30,307 nt of DNA from Hyphomicrobiaceae bacterium (GCA_044867545.1 JBIOVC010000214.1:1-30307), one strand, 5' to 3'; shown: positions 9,233 through 16,928, numbered from the stretch's first letter. Numbers and translations: made by a program. Notes: generated from the letters alone by a model not told the origin.

Positions 9233-10018
9233 CTACCATGAGAGTTCCGTTTGCTGCCGCGCGTGCCGCTGCTCCAGAAACAGGCGCGTTGCCGGTGCCG
9301 GCGCGCCCGTGAGCCCCGGCTCGGCGAAAGCCGCTCGCTCGCCGGCCAGCTCTGCCTCGAGCATTCTCAACGTCTCGCCGTCATCGATATCGTACCAGCC
9401 GGGCACCGCGACGACAGGCACGCCGACCTCGGCGGCGCGCTCGACGGTCAGGCGGTGCACCTGCGACGTGCTCCAAGGAATGTCGGCGAAGAGGCGGGCA
9501 TGTGCCCGTGACAAACCGATGAGCGTGTAGCCGCCATCAAAAGCGGGACTCAGGACGACGACGTCCTCGCCCTCACGCAGAGCACCGACGGCGGCGCGCA
9601 GGATAGTGGGCGGCAGCGTCGGGCTGTCGCCATTGACAAGTACAACGCCGGCATGGCCAGCGCCGAGAAGCTCGGCCGTGGCGCGGTACAGCCGATCCCC
9701 AAGATTTCCCTCCCCCTGGGGCAGCAGGCGGAAGCCCGAGGGCAGCAGGGGGCGAAGGGTGCTCTCGGTTCCACGCGGGGTATAGACTGCGTAGGGCGCC
9801 ACGCCGCCCTCCAGCGACACACCGTGGATGGTGGCCGCCAGATCACGGATGAAGCACGCGGCCAGGCGAGCGCAGTCCTCCAGGCTGAGCGGCGGTGAGA
9901 GCCGGGTCTTGGCGAAGCCCGCCGACGGCGTCTTGCAGACAATGCCTACGGCCACGGTCGGCACGGTTTCGGTCCCGTTGCCGGCGCGCCCGCCAGCCCT
10001 TTTCGCTATGGCGATCAT
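9233..10018 (-). CDS. DUF2064 / TIGR04282-type CofC-like GT-A-fold transferase
   Basis: IVCKTPSAGFAKTRL, LPQGEGNLGDRL, LVNGDSPTLP, VVLSPAFDGGYTLIGL, DIPWSTSQV, WYDIDD. Confidence 0.85.
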   Translation of the reverse strand: MIAIAKRAGGRAGNGTETVPTVAVGIVCKTPSAGFAKTRLSPPLSLEDCARLAACFIRDLAATIHGVSLEGGVAPYAVYTPRGTESTLRPLLPSGFRLLPQGEGNLGDRLYRATAELLGAGHAGVVLVNGDSPTLPPTILRAAVGALREGEDVVVLSPAFDGGYTLIGLSRAHARLFADIPWSTSQVHRLTVERAAEVGVPVVAVPGWYDIDDGETLRMLEAELAGERAAFAEPGLTGAPAPATRLFLEQRHARQQTELSW

Positions 10019-10102
10019 TGCGCTCGTGTCATCACCCTCATGAACGACATGACGGCCTGTGGGGTTTCAGGCCCTCGACATCCAACGCACTCACCGGAAG
10101 AG

Positions 10103-10128
10103 TTCGGCGTGGCGGGAGGGCCTGTTAC
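10103..10128 (-). promoter_or_regulatory. SigF/EcfF-type ECF promoter driving the DUF2064-rSAM-GT2-cytb-Mo operon
   Basis: Minus strand GTAACA-N16-CGAA (N16 = GGCCCTCCCGCCACGC); matches the GTAACC-N16-CGAA consensus I recall for Caulobacter sigmaF. Confidence 0.75.
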
Positions 10129-10192
10129 AGTGATAACGGCATCGTGTTTGCTGATCCGGGAGGCCACACTGCGACCATCAGCAGGCGATTGA

Positions 10193-10218
10193 GTAACGAC
10201 GGGGACTTTACCAGCGTA
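10193..10218 (+). promoter_or_regulatory. SigF/EcfF-type promoter upstream of the sigma gene (autoregulation)
   Basis: GTAACG-N16-CGTA (N16 = ACGGGGACTTTACCAG), ending 2 nt before GTG 10221. Confidence 0.65.
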
Positions 10219-10220
10219 TC

Positions 10221-10778
10221 GTGGACAGGTTTGTAGTGCGGGATCGTCACGTCCAATGGGCCGAGCAGATGCGGGCGGCCAATCGAGGCGACGGCGAGGC
10301 CTACAGACGCGTTCTGGAGGGCCTGACGCCGCTGCTACGGGCTTGGGTCAGGCGCGGGCTGGCCGGGTACGGCTCGGCGCAGGAGGAGGTGGAGGACGTC
10401 GTGCAGGAGGCTCTGTTGGCGCTGCATCTGAAGCGCCACACGTGGGACGAAGCGCGACCACTGCTGCCATGGGTGCGGGCAATCACACACAACAAGCTGG
10501 TCGATGCCATGCGCCGCCGTGGCCGGCATGTGCATGTGCCGATCGACGAGGTAAGCGACGCGCTGGCCGTCAATGAGGAGCCGGGGGCCCTCCATGGTCT
10601 CGAAAGCGAGCGGGCGCTTGCCCTGCTACAGGGCCGTGCGCGCGACATCGTGACGGCCATCTCGGTCGAAGGCGCAAGTGCACGCGAGGTGGCCGAGCGC
10701 CTCGGCATGACGGAAGTGGCGGTGCGCGTTGCCCTGCATCGGGCGTTGAAGTCGCTGGCTGACGCCTTGCGGGATTGA
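10221..10778 (+). CDS. sigF: ECF sigma factor, SigF/EcfF type
   Basis: EDVVQEALLALHLKRHTWD, LLPWVRAITHNKLVDAMRR, C-terminal HTH SAREVAERLGMTEVAVRVALHRALKSL; adjacent to NrsF. True start may be GTG 10236. Confidence 0.88.
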   Translation: MDRFVVRDRHVQWAEQMRAANRGDGEAYRRVLEGLTPLLRAWVRRGLAGYGSAQEEVEDVVQEALLALHLKRHTWDEARPLLPWVRAITHNKLVDAMRRRGRHVHVPIDEVSDALAVNEEPGALHGLESERALALLQGRARDIVTAISVEGASAREVAERLGMTEVAVRVALHRALKSLADALRD

Positions 10779-10805
10779 AGGAGAGCGTGAAGCTTCGACA
10801 AGACC

Positions 10806-11444
10806 ATGAGGACGGACGATCTCATCAAGGTGATCGCCGGCGATGTCGCGGCGCCCCGGCCAGCGCTCGGCATCCGCATCGCCGTAGCGCTGGCCGCCGG
10901 CGGGACTATCGCTGCCGTATGGTTCGCGATGGGGCTCGGCATACGGCCGGACATCCTCACCGCGCTGCAGAGCTGGCGTTTTCTGCTGAAGCTCGCAGTC
11001 GTGCTTGTGGCGTTCGGCTGCGCGCTGTGGGCCTCGATACGGCTGGCGGACCCAGAGACGACACTGCGCGAGGTCGCGCCCGCGCTTTCGGCCGCTCCCC
11101 TGCTTCTCGCGGCGGGCTCCCTGCTCGAGCTGGCGATGGTGCCGCCGGCGGAGTGGGGCGCACGCGCCGCCGGGCGCTACTGGCTCACGTGCCTGGTCTC
11201 GATACCGGTGTTGTCGATCGCTCCGCTCGTTGCCTTGCTGATCGCCCTGCGGGCCGGAGCGCCGGGATCGCCGTCGGCAGCAGGGGCGGTGGCCGGAGGA
11301 CTGGCGGCGGCACTCGCAGCGGTCCTGTACGCAACCCACTGCCCCGACGACTCACCTTTGTTCGTGGCGGTGTGGTACGTGCTTGCCATGATGCCCACTC
11401 CGATCGCAGGGTGGCTCGTCGGCAGGAGCGCATTGCGCTGGTAG
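10806..11444 (+). CDS. nrsF: NrsF/DUF1109-family membrane anti-sigma factor
   Basis: MRTDDLI N-terminus, about six TM segments, two Cys in WLTCLVSI and YATHCPDDSPLFVAVWY. Confidence 0.88.
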   Translation: MRTDDLIKVIAGDVAAPRPALGIRIAVALAAGGTIAAVWFAMGLGIRPDILTALQSWRFLLKLAVVLVAFGCALWASIRLADPETTLREVAPALSAAPLLLAAGSLLELAMVPPAEWGARAAGRYWLTCLVSIPVLSIAPLVALLIALRAGAPGSPSAAGAVAGGLAAALAAVLYATHCPDDSPLFVAVWYVLAMMPTPIAGWLVGRSALRW

Positions 11445-11718
11445 CGTTCGCGGTCCCTTGTTCCCGCACGGCACCATCTGCAGCCGACGACCAACACGCT
11501 GCTGATCGCGCTGACGGTCGTCCACCTGCCCGCGATGATCGAGGAGCAGCCTGAGCTGTCGGAGTGACGGTGCTCCGAGCACGCTGGGAACTTTCCTCGG
11601 CGTTCCAGTGTTCCTTAGATAAAACAGCCTCCTATAAGGGGCCGCTAGTGGTCCTTAGTAAGGGAAGAGGCGAATGGAATGCAGCCAAGCGCTTGCGGCC
11701 AATGGACTTGAGACGCTC

Positions 11719-11946
11719 ATGTCACCGATAGCACCCAAGAAACTCGCGGCCGAGTTCTGGACGGACACTTATCGCGGGACTCGAATTGCCATCTTCAGGC
11801 GGCATGGCGCGTGGCATGTGTATCTCGACGACGTGCTTCAGCACGATGTCTTGTTCGACTCGGCCGGCTCCGCCGTGTTCTGGCTCCTCAACCGGATCGA
11901 TCCTCGAAACATCCCGCCCCTCCCGCATCAGGCACGGACCTCATGA
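11719..11946 (+). CDS. Small hypothetical protein
   Basis: MSPIAPKKLAAEFWTDTYRGTRIAIFRRHGAWHVYLDDVLQHDVLFDSAGSAVFWLLNRID...; globular-looking composition. Alternative start 11674. Confidence 0.55.
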   Translation: MSPIAPKKLAAEFWTDTYRGTRIAIFRRHGAWHVYLDDVLQHDVLFDSAGSAVFWLLNRIDPRNIPPLPHQARTS

Positions 11947-12014
11947 GCGGCGACCACCCATGCGATTTGCATCGCACGGGAATGACCACCGTTACCCTGA
12001 CGTAGGCAGTCCGA

Positions 12015-12464
12015 GTGACGGTATGGACACGACCCGTGCGCAAGCGTGCACCCAATCAACTGCGTCCTGCATTCGGCGTACCAGGTGATCTCGCCACGCC
12101 TACCGGAGGCTATGGATATGACCGGCGCATCATCCGGGAGCTTCGGCGTCTGGGTTGGCAGGTGGATGTAGTTGAGGTCGGCGACGGGTTTCCGTTTCCG
12201 AGCGTCGCACAGCGCGCGACGGCGCTGGCCAGACTATCGTCCGTGCCCGCCGGTTGTCCGGCTGTCCTGGATGGGCTTGCGTTCGCGGCACTTCCCGAGG
12301 CCGGCGCGCTCCGAACGCGCATACCGCTTGTCGCGCTGGTTCACCAACCACTCGCTTTGGACCATGGTCTCGACACCACCCAGGCAGACACGTTTCGGAA
12401 GACCGAGCGCGCGGCACTTGTTGCTGCCCCGCGCGTCGTAGTCACGGCAGGACCCAGAGCGTGA
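12015..12464 (+). pseudogene. Truncated GT4-type (GT-B) glycosyltransferase, N-terminal half only
   Basis: FGVPGDLATPTGGYGYDRRII...LDGLAF...LVALVHQPLA...ERAAL...VVVT then stop; the C-terminal nucleotide-sugar-binding half is absent. Confidence 0.7.
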
Positions 12465-12541
12465 CGGTTGCCACGGCGAACGGGTCGGCGTCCTTCAAAC
12501 TGCGCCGATGACGTGGGGCCAATTCCCCAGCGCCTCGCCTC

Positions 12542-13294
12542 CTATCTTGGGATACCTGTCTGAGTGGGCGGGGCAGCCGGCAGCGCGGGCATGGGCGCTT
12601 CAGCGCCTTGCGGCATTGGGTCCTGCGCGCGGCTGACTTCTTGGCGCTCCGGTAGAGAGGCCACCACGGTTACGCTGGTGCCGATCTCAGTGATAGACGC
12701 GAGATGCATGGCGGCGGAATTGAGCATTCGGAAACAGCCGGAGGACCCAGCGGAACCGATCGACTTGGCGTCGTTGGTGCCATGGATGCGGTAAAGCGTG
12801 TCGCCCAGGTAGAGAGCTATTGCACCGAGCGGATTCTTGATGCCGCCGGTCATCTTCTCGGGCAGACTCCGGTCTCTTTCGCGCATCTCCGCGGGCGGAT
12901 ACCAATCGGGCCAGGCCTGCTTACGGCTGATCGTTTCCACCCCTGTCCAATTGAAGCCTTCCCGGCCGACCGCGATGGGGTATTCGTAGGCGCTGCCGTC
13001 CCCGAGCGCGTAGTAGAGCTTTCGTCCGCCGGCATCGATAACGATTGACTTGGCGGGAAAATCGTACGGGAACGCGACTATCGGAGGTACCGTCGGATGA
13101 ATCTGCGGGCGCGGACCGCCATCGCGAACATCGCCGCCCCGGTCTTTGGGACGGCCTGGCGGGTACGGTGGCATTTGCCGCGGTTCGCCGAACAGTTCAT
13201 CGGCCCACCACGGCCATCCATATGCCGGGCCCGGCGCATAGCAGGTGACGAGCCATGCACCGCTCAGCACAATGAGGTAGGCGCCCTTTCGCAT
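12542..13294 (-). CDS. L,D-transpeptidase (ErfK/YkuD family) with signal peptide
   Basis: YPIAVGREG, RKQAWPDWYPPAEM, NPLGAIALYL, YRIHGTN...SSGCFRM catalytic motif. Confidence 0.92.
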   Translation of the reverse strand: MRKGAYLIVLSGAWLVTCYAPGPAYGWPWWADELFGEPRQMPPYPPGRPKDRGGDVRDGGPRPQIHPTVPPIVAFPYDFPAKSIVIDAGGRKLYYALGDGSAYEYPIAVGREGFNWTGVETISRKQAWPDWYPPAEMRERDRSLPEKMTGGIKNPLGAIALYLGDTLYRIHGTNDAKSIGSAGSSGCFRMLNSAAMHLASITEIGTSVTVVASLPERQEVSRAQDPMPQGAEAPMPALPAAPPTQTGIPR

Positions 13295-13321
13295 TTATGC
13301 GCTCCGTTCGGCCACCAGCCA

Positions 13322-13346
13322 AACGCGCAGATGCACTTCATGTTCC
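13322..13346 (-). promoter_or_regulatory. sigma-EcfG promoter of the L,D-transpeptidase
   Basis: Minus strand GGAAC-ATGAAGTGCATCTGCG-CGTT (N16), 28 nt upstream of ATG 13294 with a GGAG SD between. Confidence 0.75.
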
Positions 13347-13433
13347 GGACAATCCGGGCAGGCGCCACAAGCACCACGACGTCGGCCCGTGAGCAACGCC
13401 CGAGTGGACATGAAGTGACGCGACAGCGCGGGG

Positions 13434-13458
13434 GGAACTGGACGATGCGAGGCGCGTT
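13434..13458 (+). promoter_or_regulatory. sigma-EcfG promoter, divergent from the LDT promoter
   Basis: GGAAC-TGGACGATGCGAGGCG-CGTT (N16). Confidence 0.75.
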
Positions 13459-13466
13459 CCTGCGGC

Positions 13467-13565
13467 ATGGCGGAAACGGGAATGCTGCTGATTGCCATTG
13501 GCGTTGCGCTGGCGACGATGCCGTTGTGGTGGCCCGAGTTCTTCGATCCTCCGGAGCAGCGCTGA
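13467..13565 (+). CDS. 32-aa single-TM small protein, probably leaderless
   Basis: MAETGMLLIAIGVALATMPLWWPEFFDPPEQR; ATG 8 nt after the -10 element; below the ORF-track cutoff. Confidence 0.55.
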   Translation: MAETGMLLIAIGVALATMPLWWPEFFDPPEQR

Positions 13566-13755
13566 GGCTCCGATCGTCTCTCTTGCACCCGCGAAGACAG
13601 GGAATCTCTAACGCAACAAGGAACTGGCTGGCGCACAGACTGCCTCAGTGCGCCTCGCCCGATCTGCTTGCTGCATATGGCAGTGCCGCATGCCGGCGAC
13701 GAATTCGCGGTTTCGTTGACCGCCCCGCAAGATTTGCTACCCAGAGGCAGCGAGC

Positions 13756-15525
13756 ATGCGAACCCTCGGCCTCGTCTGCGAAACCCACGACACCGGTGCC
13801 GCGCTAGTCGAGGACGGCAATATCCTCAGCGTTCTGGAGGAAGAGCGCCATCTCCGCGAGAAGCATACGCAGAGCTTCCCCAGTCACTCGCTCCGCATCC
13901 TCCTCGGCGACGATGGTCGCGGCCTTGCCGAGATCGATCACATCACCACGCCCTGGGACGTCTCGCGGCTGCGGCGCACGTTTGCCACCATCCTGCTTCG
14001 CCGCTTTCCGGCAACCCTGAGCTTCGCGCATCCGCGGTCCAACACAATGCAGGACCCCGGCATCGCTCTCTTGAATTTCTGGTTGCAGCGAGGGCTCAAG
14101 CGCACCTTTCCGGGACGCCGCCTGCCGCCGATCATCAACGTCGGCCATCACGAGTCTCATGCGGCGATGTTCTTCGTATCGCCGTTCGAGGAAGCGACCG
14201 TGATTGTGATGGACGGCTATGGCGACGATGCCGCGGCGAGCGTCTTCACCGGCCAAGACAACCGGTTGCATCGGGAGTGGCACGGGCGCTTTCTGGACAG
14301 CCTCGGTATTGTTTACACGCTTGTTACAATCCACCTCGGCTTCGCCCCGTTCGAGGAAGGCACCGTCATGGCGCTGGCTGCGTTGGGACGGGATGGGCTG
14401 GTCGAGAAGATGCGGGACATCGTCCGGCTGGAGCCCGAGGGTCGGTTCTCGATCAACATGGCCTATTTCGGCTACGACAGCTTTGGCATGTTGCGTCCGT
14501 TCAAGCGCAAGTTCATCGATGCGTTCGGGCCGGCGCGCAGAAAGGACGAGCCGCTCAATGCGCATCACAAGGATCTCGCCTACGCACTGCAGACCGTGAC
14601 CGAGGAGATCGTGCTCCACGTCGCCAAGGCCGCAAGCCGGCGTTATCCCTCAGCCAATCTCTGCATGGTTGGCGGGGTCGCGCTCAATTGTGTAGCGAAT
14701 GCTCGCGTGCTGCGCGAGTCGGGCTTCGAGCGGATCTGGGTTCCGCCGTGTGCGTCGGATACCGGTGGGCCGCTCGGCAGTGCACTCTGGCATCAGCACC
14801 AGACGTTGCGACAGCCGCGTCGCACGACGATGACGCATGCCTACTACGGCCTCGGCTATGACGATCGACTAATCGAGTCGGCATTGCAGAGCGCGGGCCT
14901 CGCCTTTCAAAGACTGGAAGACGCCGAGCTGATCTCCAAGGTCGCCTCCGACCTCGCCGGCGGACGCATCGTTGGCTGGTTCCAGGATCGTTACGAGATC
15001 GGCCCGCGCGCACTCGGCAACCGCTCCATTCTCGCTTCTCCGATTTCTCCCGCGGTTCGCGACCTGATCAACAAGCATGTCAAGTTTCGCGAGCCATTCC
15101 GTCCGTTCGCCCCGTCCGTTCTGGCGGAGAATGCAAGAGAGTGGTTCGAGATAGGTCAGCCTGATCCGTTCATGGCCATTGCGCCGCGGGTCCGACCGGG
15201 CATGGCAGCGCGAATTCCCGCCGCCGTTCATGTCGATGGAACCGCCCGTATCCAGACGGTCGATCGCGCGAGCAATCCCCGCTATCACGCCTTGATCGAT
15301 GCCTTTGGTGCTCTCACGGGCGTGCCGATCCTGCTCAATACCAGCTTCAACAAGCAGGAGCCGATCGTGGCGCAACCGGCGGAGGCAATATCCTGCTTCC
15401 TGCGTACCGACATGGAGGTGCTCGTGTTGGGCAACTACTATACGACCGATCGGCCGAAGGCTGCTGTGCAGCGCTCGCGCTCATCATTCACGGTAACGGA
15501 AGGGAATATGCGCGGTGGGGAATGA
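13756..15525 (+). CDS. Carbamoyltransferase (NodU/CmcH/TobZ family)
   Basis: HDTGAAL...EEER, HHESHAA, MDGYGD, GGVALNCVAN, GWFQDRYEIGPRALGNRSILA, KFREPFRPFAP, HVDGTARIQTV, LLNTSFN; appears full length. Confidence 0.93.
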   Translation: MRTLGLVCETHDTGAALVEDGNILSVLEEERHLREKHTQSFPSHSLRILLGDDGRGLAEIDHITTPWDVSRLRRTFATILLRRFPATLSFAHPRSNTMQDPGIALLNFWLQRGLKRTFPGRRLPPIINVGHHESHAAMFFVSPFEEATVIVMDGYGDDAAASVFTGQDNRLHREWHGRFLDSLGIVYTLVTIHLGFAPFEEGTVMALAALGRDGLVEKMRDIVRLEPEGRFSINMAYFGYDSFGMLRPFKRKFIDAFGPARRKDEPLNAHHKDLAYALQTVTEEIVLHVAKAASRRYPSANLCMVGGVALNCVANARVLRESGFERIWVPPCASDTGGPLGSALWHQHQTLRQPRRTTMTHAYYGLGYDDRLIESALQSAGLAFQRLEDAELISKVASDLAGGRIVGWFQDRYEIGPRALGNRSILASPISPAVRDLINKHVKFREPFRPFAPSVLAENAREWFEIGQPDPFMAIAPRVRPGMAARIPAAVHVDGTARIQTVDRASNPRYHALIDAFGALTGVPILLNTSFNKQEPIVAQPAEAISCFLRTDMEVLVLGNYYTTDRPKAAVQRSRSSFTVTEGNMRGGE

Positions 15526-15628
15526 GGCCCGCGCCCATCATCCATTGAGACCACAGTCCCTTTGCGGGTCGTAGAGCCAGCACCACATCGATGGAAATTC
15601 ACGCGCAAGCCAAACGAAAGGACACGCA

Positions 15629-16108
15629 ATGGCAATGGCCAAAAACACGATTTGCGTATGGTACGACAAGGACGCCGAGGCTGCGGCCCGATTCTACGCC
15701 GAGACCTTTCCTGACAGCTCCGTCGGTGCCGTCTACCACGCACCCAGTGACTACCCTTCAGGCAAGGCGGGCGACGTTCTGACGGTCGAGTTCACGGTCG
15801 CCGGCATCCCCTGTCTCGGGCTCAACGGCGGCCCCGCGTTCAAGCATAACGAAGCCTTCTCGTTCCAGATCGCCACCGACGATCAGCAGGAGACCGACCG
15901 TTACTGGAACGCCATCGTCGGCAATGGCGGCCAGGAGAGCGCGTGCGGCTGGTGCAAAGACAAGTGGGGCGTCTCCTGGCAAATCACGCCGCGCGTGCTG
16001 ATGGAGGCGATGGCGGCCGGCGGCGATGAAGCCAAGCGCGCGTTCGAAGCGATGATGGACATGAAGAAGATCGACGTCGCCGCGATCAAGGCGGCGCGGC
16101 GCGGCTGA
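15629..16108 (+). CDS. VOC family protein (PhnB / 3-demethylubiquinone-9 3-methyltransferase-like)
   Basis: KNTICVWYDKDAEAAARFYAETFPDS, LGLNGGPAF, EAFSFQI, CGWCKDKWGVSWQI, AMMDMKKID. Confidence 0.9.
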   Translation: MAMAKNTICVWYDKDAEAAARFYAETFPDSSVGAVYHAPSDYPSGKAGDVLTVEFTVAGIPCLGLNGGPAFKHNEAFSFQIATDDQQETDRYWNAIVGNGGQESACGWCKDKWGVSWQITPRVLMEAMAAGGDEAKRAFEAMMDMKKIDVAAIKAARRG

Positions 16109-16320
16109 CTCGCGCGGATCATCGCGCCTGCGCCCCTCAGAACGCAACGGACCGCGGGGCCTTGGTCGGGGCCAAAGCCCACGGCGACCTCTTCCCAGAT
16201 GCCGTCGAAAGCCCTCTCTGTAGACGGCGACAAGACATCATTGCCAAGGAGGAGCAGGCGGCCGCGCACGAGTAGCCCTCGCGGGGGCGTGCAGTGCGCG
16301 TCGCCCGCATGGTCGACGAT

Positions 16321-16551
16321 TCACCGCTCAGCTTCCCGCAAGGTACCGATCGCCGTGGCGATCACAAGCGGAGCGAACGTCGTAGCGCAACCAAGGAGGA
16401 AAACCACCGTCGTACCCACGACATCAGCCGACGCCGTCACCAGCGATCGCATGCCGAGCGCATCTGTTGTCAGGAGAGCAAGGCCGAAGATCGCGCCGAC
16501 AACCACGCCCATCGCGGCGTTGATCATGAGATAGCCCGGGACAGTTGCCAT
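16321..16551 (-). CDS. 76-aa two-TM small membrane protein, probably leaderless
   Basis: MATVPGYLMINAAMGVVVGAIFGLALLTTDALGMRSLV...FLLGCATTFAPLVIATAIG; ATG 7 nt after an EcfG -10 element. Confidence 0.7.
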   Translation of the reverse strand: MATVPGYLMINAAMGVVVGAIFGLALLTTDALGMRSLVTASADVVGTTVVFLLGCATTFAPLVIATAIGTLREAER

Positions 16552-16558
16552 GTAAGAG

Positions 16559-16584
16559 AACGACGGCACGATCCCCCGAGTTCC
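16559..16584 (-). promoter_or_regulatory. sigma-EcfG promoter
   Basis: Minus strand GGAAC-TCGGGGGATCGTGCCGT-CGTT (N17). Confidence 0.75.
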
Positions 16585-16637
16585 TGAAACGCCGTCCGCA
16601 GGTAGGCGAGGTTCCGCCGTGCGGCGTTCCCGTCGAC

Positions 16638-16856
16638 TCAATATTCCGGCGGCGGCTCGGGTTTGCGTGGCGGCTCGATCTCGCGGCGTGCGTCCGCGTC
16701 CGCTTGCTCACGCTCCTTGTCATCGAGGTAATGGATCAGATCGACCCAGCGGCTGGGCAACTGCTCACGCGTGAGAGCGTCGTAGCGGTCGTGCAGCGCT
16801 TTGCCGATGCGCTCCAACATCGAATGCAACTCTGGGCCGGAAAGGGCATCTGGCAT
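16638..16856 (-). CDS. NepR-like anti-sigma-factor domain protein (orphan)
   Basis: LERIGKALHDRYDALTREQLPSRWVDLIHYLD fits the NepR pattern IG-x2-L-x3-YD-x4-E-x-(V/L)P-x-R-(F/W)-x-DL. Start 16856 or 16820. Confidence 0.6.
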   Translation of the reverse strand: MPDALSGPELHSMLERIGKALHDRYDALTREQLPSRWVDLIHYLDDKEREQADADARREIEPPRKPEPPPEY

Positions 16857-16928
16857 TAGCCTACCCGCATAACGAGCCAGCGCGCCCCAACGTCTCTGTG
16901 TGCGGTTTCCTACATTCCGCTGATAGCA

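Noticed and set aside
8044-10018. Arsenosugar (ArsS) or selenoprotein cluster assignment
   Set aside because: No in-frame TGA, no arsM or selD-type partners seen, and the rSAM has a generic SPASM/twitch tail. The DUF2064 association alone is insufficient.
11445-11567. 40-codon open frame continuing after the nrsF TAG (possible readthrough or gene remnant)
   Set aside because: NrsF already ends at a normal length; no start codon context or homology that I can recognise.
13756-15525. Calling the carbamoyltransferase nodU, or linking it to the NRPS
   Set aside because: No nod genes in the window, and it is ~9 kb from the NRPS with housekeeping genes and a tRNA between.
15901-16269. Minus-strand ORF with SD and GTG (RAFDGIWEEVAVGFGPD) faintly resembling a rhizobial small-protein family
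   Set aside because: Overlaps the VOC gene antisense by ~200 nt and the similarity is from memory only; at most a decayed gene.
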